Notes: generated by a model from the sequence alone, not told the origin. 22,972 nt of DNA from Candidatus Eiseniibacteriota bacterium (GCA_965224245.1 CBDCYW010000009.1:1-22972); one strand, 5' to 3'. Shown: positions 8,708-17,558, numbered from the stretch's first letter. Translations and numbers: made by a program.

Positions 8708-9064
8708 ATGCTCTCGAAGTCGATCACGACCGCGCTCGCCCCGATCTCCGACAACCGCTACTGGCGGGAGTCGGACGCGGAACGCGCACTTGCCATCTGG
8801 AGCCAGAGTGGGCTCACACTGAACGCCTTTGCGCGACAGTGTGGCCTCAGTGTGTCGCGACTGCGCCGCTGGAAGTCCAAGCTCGAGGCCGACGGCAGCC
8901 CCCGCTTCCACCCGGTCGAGATCGTGGAGACGGCTGACGCCGACGTGGCCGACTCCGACGCCGGTATCGAGCTCATCGTCGGGCAGCGCCACCGGATCGT
9001 CGTCCGCCGCGGCTTCGATCGCACGCTGCTACACGAGCTCATCGAGGCGCTCGATCCGTGCTGA
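8708..9064 (+). CDS. tnpA: IS66 accessory protein TnpA (HTH)
   Basis: WSQSGLTLNAFARQCGLSVSRLRRWKSKL...FHPVEIV...IELIVG; RBS GAGGAGG; overlaps tnpB. Confidence 0.82.
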   Translation: MLSKSITTALAPISDNRYWRESDAERALAIWSQSGLTLNAFARQCGLSVSRLRRWKSKLEADGSPRFHPVEIVETADADVADSDAGIELIVGQRHRIVVRRGFDRTLLHELIEALDPC

Positions 9065-9438
9065 CCCTGCCGCACACCGTGCGCATCTACATCGCCGCTG
9101 AGCCCGTCGATCTCCGCAAGGGCTTCGACGGGCTCTCGGCGGCCACGCGCGAGATCATCTCCGCCGATCCCCTCTCGGGACACCTGTTCGTGTTCATCAA
9201 CCGGCGCGCGAACCGGATGAAGATCCTCGTCTGGCAGCCCTCGGGCTATCTCCTCGTCTACAAGCGCCTCGAACGCGGCCGCTTCACGCTCCCGCGCCAC
9301 CCCGAGGTCGGGTCCTCGCACGTCGAGATCGAGTCGTCGGAGCTGACGTTGCTCCTGGATGGGATCGATCTTCGCGGCTCCCAGCGCCGGAGTCGCTGGT
9401 CGCCGAAGAAGGGACTTGCCTGGCGCGCGACGATGTGA
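9058..9438 (+). CDS. tnpB: IS66 accessory protein TnpB (Orf2)
   Basis: Hallmark YIAAEPVDLRKGFDGL...GHLFVFINRR..RMKIL.W...GY.L.YKRLERGRF. Confidence 0.95.
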   Translation: MLTLPHTVRIYIAAEPVDLRKGFDGLSAATREIISADPLSGHLFVFINRRANRMKILVWQPSGYLLVYKRLERGRFTLPRHPEVGSSHVEIESSELTLLLDGIDLRGSQRRSRWSPKKGLAWRATM

Positions 9439-9450
9439 TTCAAAGAGTGC

Positions 9451-9588
9451 ATGACCTTCGCGCAACTCACTCGTGAACTCGAGCGCTTCCGCTCCGAGCT
9501 CCAGACGCTGGCCGCCAACGGCCGTACCGATGACGCGATCGAGAAGGCGTTCGAGCGCATGCGCCTGCTCCTGCACCGGAACCTCCAT
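9451..9588 (+). pseudogene. tnpC: IS66 transposase TnpC, N-terminal fragment
   Basis: Positioned right after tnpB. Coiled-coil-like 46 codons, interrupted at the IS3 terminus. Confidence 0.6.
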
Positions 9589-9597
9589 TGTTCGTCG

Positions 9598-10656
9598 TCA
9601 GAGCCTTTGGGACACTTCGCGGCTCATCGCTATGGACACTTCCCTCACGTCGGCTGGCCGGATGACGTCCTTTCTCGTGACCGGCAAGCCTAGATTGTAG
9701 CGCCTTCGGCGCCGCAGGGTCTCTCGCTTCACGAGCGCCCTGGCCGAACGGATCTCACGCCCGCGGCCCTCGTACACGTCGGCCGGCGTGAGGTTGTCGA
9801 GCGCCTCGTGGACGCGCTCGTGGTTGTAGTGCTCGACGAACCGACCGATCTCCTCGGACAACTCCGCGGGCTGGTAGTAGTTGCGGAGCGTCACCACGTT
9901 CTTCATCGTGCGGTGGTACCGCTCGATCTTGCCCTGCGTCATCGGGTGGTAGGGTCGACCCCGCGTGTGCGGGATCTCTCGCTCCTGGAGGTACTCCCGG
10001 AGCTGCCCCGAGACGTAGCAGGGACCGTTGTCGGTGAGGAGCCGCGGCCGCTGTCGCACGTGGGGCCGGGTGACCCCGGTGCGGGCGATGGCCTGCTCGA
10101 GCACCCGCTCCACGTCATCGGTCGCCATTTGCCGACAGAGCAGCCAGGCGATGATGAAGCGGCTGAAGTCGTCGAGCACCGTGGCCAGGTAGTACCAGCC
10201 CCAGGCCGTCACCCGGAGGTACGTGAAGTCCGTCTGCCAGAGCTCGTGCACACGTCGGGTCGGGTTCGGGAACTGCTCGTGTGCCGTCAGCACCATGAAC
10301 GACGGGCTCGTCACCAGGTCATGGGCCTTCAGGATGCGATACACGCTCGATTCCGAGATGTACGTCCCATCGACGTCCGTGAGCCGCCAGGCGAGCTCCC
10401 GGGGTGACAGATCGGGGTGTTCGAGCGCCACCTCGACCACGTGCTGCCGCTCTTCGTCGGGGATGCGGTTCCAGAACCGACGAGCCGCCGGCTTGACGCC
10501 CTCCAGCGCCTCGAACCCACCCTCCTGGTACAGCCGGTACCAGCGGTAGAACGTGCTCGGGGCCACCTCCAGCTCGCGCAGCGTCTGCCGGACGCCGAGC
10601 TCGGAGCCCTCGACCAGGCGGATGATCTCGAGCTTCTCCGAGGGCGTGTGCCTCAT
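9598..10656 (-). CDS. IS3-family transposase OrfB (DDE)
   Basis: WQTDFTY, LDDFSR, LLTDNGPCY, HPMTQGKIERYHRTMK, YNHERVHEAL..LTP. Confidence 0.95.
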   Translation of the reverse strand: MRHTPSEKLEIIRLVEGSELGVRQTLRELEVAPSTFYRWYRLYQEGGFEALEGVKPAARRFWNRIPDEERQHVVEVALEHPDLSPRELAWRLTDVDGTYISESSVYRILKAHDLVTSPSFMVLTAHEQFPNPTRRVHELWQTDFTYLRVTAWGWYYLATVLDDFSRFIIAWLLCRQMATDDVERVLEQAIARTGVTRPHVRQRPRLLTDNGPCYVSGQLREYLQEREIPHTRGRPYHPMTQGKIERYHRTMKNVVTLRNYYQPAELSEEIGRFVEHYNHERVHEALDNLTPADVYEGRGREIRSARALVKRETLRRRRRYNLGLPVTRKDVIRPADVREVSIAMSREVSQRL

Positions 10657-11015
10657 CCCACGTCCGACTCGTCGGATAGAGTCGCCCTTTTTTTCAGCAT
10701 CGCATTGCGCACCGACAGATCCGCAACCAGATCCCGGAGCTGACGGATCTGCTCTCGAAGCTCCATCACCTCCGTGCTCGACGCCTCTCGCTTCGTGTTC
10801 CCCTGCAGACGCCGCTTCCCGGCCTCCAGGAACTCCTTGCTCCAGTTGTAGTAGAGGTTCGGGCTGATCCCTTCACGCCGGCACAGCTCCGCGATCGTCT
10901 CCTCGCCCCGGAGACCTTCCAGAACGATCCGGATCTTCTCTTCCGATGAGAACTTACGGCGGGTCTTGCGGCGGATCTCACGAACCACCGATTCCGGGCC
11001 ACTCTTCTTCGACAT
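10653..11015 (-). CDS. IS3-family transposase OrfA (HTH)
   Basis: RRKFSSEEKIRIVLEGLRGEETIAELCRREGI...YYNW; RBS AAGGAG. Confidence 0.95.
   Translation of the reverse strand: MSKKSGPESVVREIRRKTRRKFSSEEKIRIVLEGLRGEETIAELCRREGISPNLYYNWSKEFLEAGKRRLQGNTKREASSTEVMELREQIRQLRDLVADLSVRNAMLKKRATLSDESDVG
10665..10694 (-). other. -1 programmed ribosomal frameshift signal
   Basis: AAAAAAAG (10694-10687) followed by stem CGACTC/GAGTCG. The -1 frame is open into OrfB. Confidence 0.8.
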
Positions 11016-11111
11016 CAGGTCCGCTCCTTGGATGACGATTCAAAGAATACATCCCAGAAGTGACCATAGCGATTATGCTTGATCGTGTCCCATCAGCTCT
11101 GACGCCGAACA

Positions 11112-12309
11112 GGATGCGATGAAAGACTCCCTCGTCGCGGGGATCGATGCGAACTTCGGCATCTACGAGGGTCTCTCGTTCCGATCGGAACGCTTCGAAC
11201 GGTGGCTTGCCGAACATCGGATCCCGTGGCCTCGCTCGGACACGGGGCGGTTGGTATTGGACGATGATACCTTTCGCATCGCCTCGACGACCCATCCGCG
11301 ACTCACCCCCCTCCGCGAGCTTCGTCGGTTCATGTCCCAGCTTCGTGCCCCGGCAATCGCGATCGGACGGGATGGTCGGAACCGATGTCTGCTCTCGGCG
11401 TTTCGGAGCCAGACCGGCCGCAACCAGCCCAGCAATGCGAGGTTCCTGTTTGGGGCGCCGTCGTGGATGCGGGGCTTGATCCAGCCCCGGCCAGGAATGG
11501 CGCTGGCGTATCTCGACTGGTCCCAGCAGGAGTTCGGGATCGCGGCGGCGCTCTCCGAGGACGCGGCCATGATCGAGGCGTATCGATCCGGCGACCCCTA
11601 CCTGGCATTCGCGAAGCAGGCCGGCGCCGTGCCAGACGATGCCACCAAGGCGTCGCACGGATCGGTACGCGACCAGTTCAAGCAGTGCGTACTCGGGGTG
11701 CAGTACGGCATGGGTGAGGAGACCTTGGCGCTGCGCATTGGGCGCCCGCGGCCCTACGCACGTGAACTCTTGGACCTCCACCGTCGAGTCTACAGCCGCT
11801 ACTGGGCATGGTCTCGAGCCGTCATCGACACCGCCATGCTGCATGGCCGGCTCCACACCGTCTTCGGGTGGCACCTGCACGTCACGCCATCGACGCGGAG
11901 CCGTTCGCTGGCGAACTTCCCGATGCAGGCTAACGGAGCCGAGATGCTGCGGCTGACCTGCATCCGCGCCACCGAGGCCGGGGTCCACGTCTGCGCCCCC
12001 GTTCACGATGCCATCCTGGTCGAGGCGCCTGCGGTTTCGATCGAGACGGTGGTTCAGCACGCCCAGCGAGCCATGGCCAGGGCAAGCGAGGATGTTCTCG
12101 GCACCCTCACCCTGCGCACCGATGCCCGAGTCGTACACCACCCCGGTCGCCTCCTCGAACCGCGAGGCGAACCCATGTGGGGCCGGGTTCTCGCGGCGCT
12201 CGAAAGCGCTGAACGAGCCCGCCGCCCCGCCGATCCGGTGGTACATCAGCGCAACAGAGATGTTGCGCGCGTGGACCACCCGTCCTCTCTCCTCTCTTCT
12301 TATACCTAG
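11112..12309 (+). pseudogene. Family A DNA polymerase of mobile-element type, 5'-truncated by IS3 (polymerase domain remains; in-frame ATG at 11119)
   Basis: TGRNQPS, motif A YLDWSQQEF, motif B RDQFKQCVLGVQYGMG, NFPMQANGAEM, motif C VHDAILVE. The frame abuts the IS3 end. Confidence 0.9.
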
Positions 12310-12319
12310 GTAGGTAATC

Positions 12320-12682
12320 ATGCCGGCACATGACCCGCAGGAACGACGACTCTCGCTGGAGGCCACACGGGAGATCGAGACTGAATACAACCAGCGTCGA
12401 GCCGGGTGGTTCATTCGTGGACCGCTTCCCTTGCACTGGATCGCCATGGCGTCCGCGCTTCCCGGAAAGGCTTTACACGTAGCGCTACTTCTACAGTTCC
12501 GTCGGGGTTGCGAGGGCAAGGAGCCCGTTCGACTGACCCGGCACCACCGCGAGCTGTTCGGACTGAGTCGGCACGCAACTTATCGCGCCCTCCAGGCATT
12601 GGAGTCCGCCGGCCTCGTGGAGGTCACTCGCCGGCGCGGACGATGTCCACTGGTCCGCATCCTAAGCGTGCCCGCCCCGTGA
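12320..12682 (+). CDS. Winged-HTH DNA-binding protein
   Basis: FGLSRHATYRALQALESAGLVEVTRRRGR; starts 10 bp after the polymerase stop. Confidence 0.78.
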   Translation: MPAHDPQERRLSLEATREIETEYNQRRAGWFIRGPLPLHWIAMASALPGKALHVALLLQFRRGCEGKEPVRLTRHHRELFGLSRHATYRALQALESAGLVEVTRRRGRCPLVRILSVPAP

Positions 12683-12861
12683 CGGCCCCAGCAGCCCCCC
12701 CGACGCGTGGTGATGGGGTCCGGGCGGCGCTGACGGGCCTCCTCGCTCGCGCCTACATCCGCCTGATCACCGGCGAGCCCCCGGACGATCGACTTGATGT
12801 GCCGCCCGACGCGAGCGTCCATGTCCCCACGGTTGACACCCCGAGAGAGGAGGACGCGTGA
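12679..12861 (+). CDS. Small hypothetical protein (LLARAYIRL)
   Basis: GTGA overlaps with both the upstream stop and the downstream start; 60 aa. Confidence 0.55.
   Translation: MTAPAAPPTRGDGVRAALTGLLARAYIRLITGEPPDDRLDVPPDASVHVPTVDTPREEDA
12793..12824 (+). promoter_or_regulatory. Element motif copy 1: CTTGA-N15-GAGCG-TC-CATGT
   Basis: 33 nt upstream of the DUF2924 start; same spacing as the two other copies. Confidence 0.65.
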
Positions 12862-13343
12862 CCCTGGACCTGGATCGAGAGCTGGAGACGCTCGGGGGCA
12901 TGACGATCGCCGAGCTCCAGCGGCGCTACCGCGACGTGTGGGGCGAGGAGACGCGCTCGCACTCGAAGCCGCACCTGGTGAAGCGGATCGCCTGGAGGCT
13001 CCAGGCCGACGACGAAGGCTTCTCAGGCCACCCGGAGGCGGTGATGGCAAGGGCCCGGGAGCTGGCGGACTTCGCATTCCTACGCACGCGCCCGCCGTCT
13101 GACGCCGGGGCCGGTACGTCGCCTCGCGTCCGCAAGCGCCTGCGATCACGTGATCTCAACCTCCCGCCGGCCGGCACCGTGCTGCGTCGCGAGTACAGAG
13201 GCCGCGTCCTGGAGTGCCGCGTCCTCGAGCACGGCTTCGAGTTCGACGGCGAGGTGTATCGCTCGCTCAGCGGGGCGGCGAGGGCGGCGACGGGCGTGAA
13301 CTGGAACGGCAAGGTGTTCTGGCTCAAGGGAGCGAGGGACTGA
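12858..13343 (+). CDS. DUF2924 domain protein
   Basis: ELQRRYRDVWGE...LVKRIAWRLQ...PAGTVLRREYRG...GFEFDGEVYRSLSGAARAATGVNWNGKVF; RBS GAGGAGG; directly before the recombinase. Confidence 0.9.
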   Translation: MTLDLDRELETLGGMTIAELQRRYRDVWGEETRSHSKPHLVKRIAWRLQADDEGFSGHPEAVMARARELADFAFLRTRPPSDAGAGTSPRVRKRLRSRDLNLPPAGTVLRREYRGRVLECRVLEHGFEFDGEVYRSLSGAARAATGVNWNGKVFWLKGARD

Positions 13344-13345
13344 CG

Positions 13346-14896
13346 ATGGCCGTCCTGTTGACGAGAACCCGCAACGGCAAGCGCCATGAGCCGGCCATCA
13401 TCCGCTGCGCCGTCTACGCCCGCGTCTCCGTCGACGACGGCCCCGATCAGGTCCTCAGCTCCACCGAGGCCCAGCAGGAGGCCGTCCTCGCCTACATCGC
13501 CAGCCAACGCCATGCCGGGTGGATCGCCTTGCCCGACGTCTACGAGGACCGTGGCTTCAGCGGCGGCGACACGCGTCGGCCGGCGTTCCAGCGCCTGCTC
13601 CGGGACGTCGAGAGCGGCGAGGTCGACCGCATCGTGGTGCACCGCATCGACAGGCTGAGCCGGAGCCTCGCCGACTTCGTGAGGATCATGGAGACGCTCG
13701 ACCGTCATGGCGTCGGACTCGTCAGCGTGACGCAGCAGCTCGACACAACGACCTCGATGGGTAAGCTGACGATGAACTTGCTGTTCTCGTTCGCCGAGTT
13801 CGAGCGCGAGATGATCTGCGAGCGGACGCGCGACAAGATGCGGGCGGCGCGACGTCGAGGCCAGTGGACCGGTGGTGTTCCCGTGCTCGGATACGATGTC
13901 GCGGACGGCGGTGGCCGGCTCGTGGTCAACGAAGGCGAAGCTGAGAGAGTCCGGGCGATCATCTCGACCTACCTGGAGACGCGCTCGCTCTCGGCCACGA
14001 TCGCCGAGATCCGCCGCCGGGGCTGGACCACGAAACGCTGGGTGTCAGCCTCGGGCAAGGCCCACGGCGGCGGCGAGTTCGGCAAGTCGACGCTCCAGAA
14101 GCTCCTGACGAACCCGCTCTACGTCGGCCGCATCCGGGCCGGTGACGAGATCGTCGACGCCGAGCATGAGGCCATCGTGGACGTCGAGACGTTCGAGGCC
14201 GCCCAGGCGTGCCTCCAGGGGAACCGCGTCACGAACGGCTCGGCCCCGAAGACGAAGCGCACGGCGATGCTGGCCGGCCTCCTCCGATGCAGCGCGTGCG
14301 ACTCAGCGATGACGCGGTCTTGCACCACGAAGGGCCGCAGGCGCTACGCGTACTACGTGTGTGTCTCGCGCCAGAAGGAAGGCACCCACGTCTGCCCCAC
14401 CGCTCCCGTCGCCGCCGGCGAGATCGAAGCGTTCGTGGTCGACCAGATCCGGGGCATCGGCAGCGACCCGAAGCTCATCGCCGCCGTCGTGGCGTCGGCG
14501 AAAGCCCAGGCGAAGGCTCGCGCAAAGGAGCTGGCCAACGACGTCCGCATGCTCGACGCCGAGATCAAGCAGATGCGTGGAGAACTCAGCCGCGCTCGTG
14601 GCGACGCCGACGACGACCGGATCGCCGAGGTCGCTCGACGCCTCAAGACCACCGAGCGCCGACGCCGTGTGGCCCACGAGACGCTCGTAGCGGCGCGTGG
14701 CCGCGCGATCAACCGCACGGGCGTCTCGGAAGCCCTGTCGGAGTTCGACGCGCTCTGGGCGCGTTTGACGGCGCGCGAGAAGCACGAGGCGCTGGCGCTG
14801 CTCGTCGAGCGTGTCGAGTACGATGGCGCGTCCGGCGAGGTGGCGATCACGTTCCGCGAGGAGGCGGCCTCGCTTCTACCCGGAGGTCACCCGTGA
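13346..14896 (+). CDS. Large serine recombinase (resolvase, recombinase and zinc-ribbon domains)
   Basis: CAVYARVS, DRLSRS, FAEFEREMI.ER, LLTNPLYVG, LAGLLRCSAC...YYVC...C, and a coiled coil. Confidence 0.96.
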   Translation: MAVLLTRTRNGKRHEPAIIRCAVYARVSVDDGPDQVLSSTEAQQEAVLAYIASQRHAGWIALPDVYEDRGFSGGDTRRPAFQRLLRDVESGEVDRIVVHRIDRLSRSLADFVRIMETLDRHGVGLVSVTQQLDTTTSMGKLTMNLLFSFAEFEREMICERTRDKMRAARRRGQWTGGVPVLGYDVADGGGRLVVNEGEAERVRAIISTYLETRSLSATIAEIRRRGWTTKRWVSASGKAHGGGEFGKSTLQKLLTNPLYVGRIRAGDEIVDAEHEAIVDVETFEAAQACLQGNRVTNGSAPKTKRTAMLAGLLRCSACDSAMTRSCTTKGRRRYAYYVCVSRQKEGTHVCPTAPVAAGEIEAFVVDQIRGIGSDPKLIAAVVASAKAQAKARAKELANDVRMLDAEIKQMRGELSRARGDADDDRIAEVARRLKTTERRRRVAHETLVAARGRAINRTGVSEALSEFDALWARLTAREKHEALALLVERVEYDGASGEVAITFREEAASLLPGGHP

Positions 14897-15222
14897 GCGT
14901 CACCATTCGCGCCAAGTTCAGCCCCAAGTCTGCCCCTGCCGAGGTGCCCGACGTCCCCACCGTGCCCCGATCGGCCCGGCTCATGGCGCTGGCGCTCGCG
15001 CTCGACGAGATGGTGCGCGATGGGCGGGTGGAGTCGTACGCAGAGGTGGCTCGGGTTGCCGGGGTGTCTAGGGCGAGGGTGTCGCAGATCACGGCGCTGC
15101 TGGGGCTGGCGCCGGACATCCAGGCGGCGTTGCTGGATGGGACCCTGGTGGTTGGGGAGACCCGGCTTCGGGCGGCGCTGCGGTCATCCTCATGGTCCGA
15201 CCAGCGTCGCGCCCTGCCCTGA
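14893..15222 (+). CDS. Recombinase-associated HTH protein
   Basis: GTGA overlap with the recombinase stop; SYAEVARVAGVSRARVSQITALLGLAPDIQ. Confidence 0.75.
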   Translation: MSVTIRAKFSPKSAPAEVPDVPTVPRSARLMALALALDEMVRDGRVESYAEVARVAGVSRARVSQITALLGLAPDIQAALLDGTLVVGETRLRAALRSSSWSDQRRALP

Positions 15223-15266
15223 ACTCTGCCGCTTTCGTGCCCCGGAATGTTCCTACCCCGGCCCTC

Positions 15267-15275
15267 TGCTATGCT
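15267..15275 (+). promoter_or_regulatory. Possible extended -10 element (TGcTATGCT)
   Basis: About 46 nt upstream of the hemolysin III ATG. A similar TGgTACGAT lies at 16022-16030, before the YecA-like gene. Confidence 0.3.
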
Positions 15276-15321
15276 GCCGCCCTCCACCAGGTCGATGTAA
15301 GGAGCGTTGTAGATCCGAACC

Positions 15322-15969
15322 ATGTCTGCCAGAGATCCCGACGAGAAGTTCACGGCCGCCGAGGAGCTGGCCCATAGCCTGACTCACGGCGTCGGCTTGC
15401 TGATCGGGATCGCGGCGCTCGTTCTCATGATCGTGTTTGCGGCTCGGAGGGGCTCCGCGATCGACGTGGTCTCTTGCACCGTCTACGGGGCCACGCTGGT
15501 CGTCCTGTATGCGTCGTCAACGGTCTACCACGCGCTGCCTTCTGGACGTGGCAAGCGGGTCTTCGGCATTCTCGACCACTCCGCGATTTATCTGCTGATC
15601 GCGGGTACCTACACACCCTTCGCTCTCATTACGCTCGATGGGCGCTGGGGATGGAGCCTCTTCGCCGTGGTCTGGGGCCTCGCGATCGGGGGGATTGTGC
15701 TGGAAGCCGTCTCGCGTGGTCGTGCGCGTCGCATCCAACTGCTGCTCTATGTCTTGATGGGCTGGGGGATCGTCGGCGCTGCCCGGCCATTGCTGACAGA
15801 ACTCGCACCTGCGGGACTCGCCTTGCTCCTGGCCGGCGGTCTCGCGTACACGCTCGGCATCGTCTTCTTCGTTTCGCGACACCCGTTCCATCATGCGATC
15901 TGGCACATGTTTGTTCTCGGCGGCAGCATTTGTCACTTCTTCGCCGTGTTCCTCTACGTCATTCCCTAG
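15322..15969 (+). CDS. trhA: Hemolysin III / PAQR family membrane protein (TrhA/YqfA-like)
   Basis: [47 protein letters not shown]; multiple transmembrane segments. Confidence 0.95.
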   Translation: MSARDPDEKFTAAEELAHSLTHGVGLLIGIAALVLMIVFAARRGSAIDVVSCTVYGATLVVLYASSTVYHALPSGRGKRVFGILDHSAIYLLIAGTYTPFALITLDGRWGWSLFAVVWGLAIGGIVLEAVSRGRARRIQLLLYVLMGWGIVGAARPLLTELAPAGLALLLAGGLAYTLGIVFFVSRHPFHHAIWHMFVLGGSICHFFAVFLYVIP

Positions 15970-16075
15970 GCGATCCTCATACGATACTCTCGTGGTCGGA
16001 TCGGAGACCTCCCACGACGCGTGGTACGATGCGCCGAGGCGAGGGCCTACTACCCCCTTCAATCCGGTGGTGCAC

Positions 16076-16777
16076 GTGCACACGGTCACTCCGCTCACCA
16101 AGACCGAGGAGCGACGCCTGGAGGCGTTCCTCTCGTCCCCGCTTCGCCCCGAGGGGACGATGACCTACCCCGCCTTTCGGGGATACTTGTTCGGGTTCTC
16201 CGGAGGACCGGCGATGGTGCCGCCCTCGGTATGGATGAGCGACGTCTTTGGCGGCGAGGATGCCGGCTACGCCGATCTCGAAGAGGCGAACGCGGTCCTC
16301 GGTGCGGTGATGAGCGCGTACAACCACACGAACGCGGCGATCTCGGGGGACATCGAGCTGACACCGGAGGCCGTGGGACTCGATCCAGACTCGGAGGAGG
16401 ATCGGTTCGAGTGGTCGGCGGGGTTCTGCCTCGGCTACGACCACGTTCGTGATGATTGGGATCGTGCCATGAAAAAGCTGGATGAGGAAGATCAAGAGGC
16501 ACTGTCGGCGGTGTTTGTGACCCTGATGATGTGGTCAGAGCCCGAGACGTATCTCGAAGACGCACAGATTGCCGATGGCTCGCGAGAGGAGTTCCTCGAA
16601 CAGTGCCGGCAAGCGATCCCGAATGCCCTGACGCACTACGCGTCGATCGGACTCGGTTTGTTCCGTGCAGGACTGGCGGCGGGCAAGGTGCCGATACGTC
16701 GGGCCCCTCAGGTCGGACGCAACGACCCGTGCCCGTGCGGTAGCGGCCGGAAGTTCAAGAAGTGCTGCCTGAACTGA
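16076..16777 (+). CDS. UPF0149/YecA-family protein with C-terminal SEC-C motif (start uncertain)
   Basis: GYLFG...[37 protein letters not shown]. Candidate GTG starts at 16067, 16070 and 16076. Confidence 0.88.
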   Translation: MHTVTPLTKTEERRLEAFLSSPLRPEGTMTYPAFRGYLFGFSGGPAMVPPSVWMSDVFGGEDAGYADLEEANAVLGAVMSAYNHTNAAISGDIELTPEAVGLDPDSEEDRFEWSAGFCLGYDHVRDDWDRAMKKLDEEDQEALSAVFVTLMMWSEPETYLEDAQIADGSREEFLEQCRQAIPNALTHYASIGLGLFRAGLAAGKVPIRRAPQVGRNDPCPCGSGRKFKKCCLN

Positions 16778-16783
16778 TCGAGC

Positions 16784-17380
16784 TCAGCACGGCAGGCTGC
16801 GGATCTGCTCTGCCATCTCCTCGTCGCTCGGGTGAAGGTAGATCATCGTGGTGAGCGGCGACGCGTGCCGAGCGAACCGTTGTGCCAGGAAGAGGTCCCG
16901 GCTTGCTCGGTAGACCATGGTGACACTTGTGTGGCGAAGTACGTGCCAGTTATAGAGACGATCGAAGGACGCCTTTCGCTGCCATTCGTGAAACATCATC
17001 TGCGTCCGCCTCGGTGACAACCGTCGCCCCCACGACGAGATGAACAGCGGCGCGTCGCTCTCCAGCGGCTCCCGCATCATCGCCTTCCACGCCAGGAACC
17101 GCGTCAGCTTCTCGACGACCCGATCGGGCAGAAACACCTCGCCCTTGCGCGAGCCCTTGGTCGTCTCGACGCGCAGCTTGATGCGCGTGCGCACGCGGAC
17201 GCCATCGGGACTGACGTCCCCGACGTCGAGGCCGAGGAGTTCGCCGAGGCGAAGCCCGGTGCCCAGCGCCATCGAGATCATCACGTGATCGCGGGGGCGT
17301 GGACTCTCCGCGCTGACGTCGAGGAGCCGGCGCTGTTCGGCGGTCGTCATGGTCTCGGGGGCTCGATACGGCAATCTCAT
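16784..17380 (-). CDS. Tyrosine recombinase, catalytic domain only (about 198 aa)
   Basis: ALGTGLRLGELLGL, TKG, HVLRHT, FARH, TTMIY. ATG 17380 follows GAGAGGAGG; alternative ATG at 17350. Confidence 0.9.
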   Translation of the reverse strand: MRLPYRAPETMTTAEQRRLLDVSAESPRPRDHVMISMALGTGLRLGELLGLDVGDVSPDGVRVRTRIKLRVETTKGSRKGEVFLPDRVVEKLTRFLAWKAMMREPLESDAPLFISSWGRRLSPRRTQMMFHEWQRKASFDRLYNWHVLRHTSVTMVYRASRDLFLAQRFARHASPLTTMIYLHPSDEEMAEQIRSLPC

Positions 17381-17558
17381 CCTCCTCTCGCGCGGGGCTA
17401 ACAGTCGATCCGGTAGTCTGCCCGCGTTCCCCAACAACGAGCCGCTCCGCATCACGGGCCTCAACGACTCGCTCGCGGGGAACTCCAACTCTGATCCGCC
17501 CCCGGTCCGGCCAATTGTCGGCTCGCCGGGGGCGTTTTCGTTTCGACACCTGCCGCTC

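Larger units (their letters stand above)
8636..9588 (+). mobile_element. IS66-family element, left part only
   Basis: Begins GTATCCGTTCGGTGAACC (IS66-like GTA terminus). Gene order tnpA-tnpB-tnpC. Cut off by IS3 at 9589. Confidence 0.85.
9589..11111 (-). mobile_element. IS3-family insertion sequence (1523 bp)
   Basis: TG...CA ends. Inverted repeats TGTTCGTCGTCAGAGCCTTTGGGAC / TGTTCGGCGTCAGAGCTGATGGGAC (21/25). OrfA and OrfB are in a -1 phase relationship. No target duplication. Confidence 0.93.

Noticed and set aside
9058-9438. RNA-guided TnpB nuclease (IS200/IS605 type)
   Set aside because: This is the unrelated 126-aa IS66 accessory TnpB, with no RuvC or zinc-finger motifs.
10978-12519. 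513-aa minus-strand ORF
   Set aside because: Antisense to the clearly conserved polymerase frame.
12793-12824. Sigma-32 or sigma-70 promoter as the explanation for the three-copy motif
   Set aside because: The spacing from TTGA to the CATGT block is too long for either consensus, and the invariant GAGCG is unexplained.
15322-15969. Virulence toxin
   Set aside because: The hemolysin III family name is historical; the family is widespread in non-pathogens.
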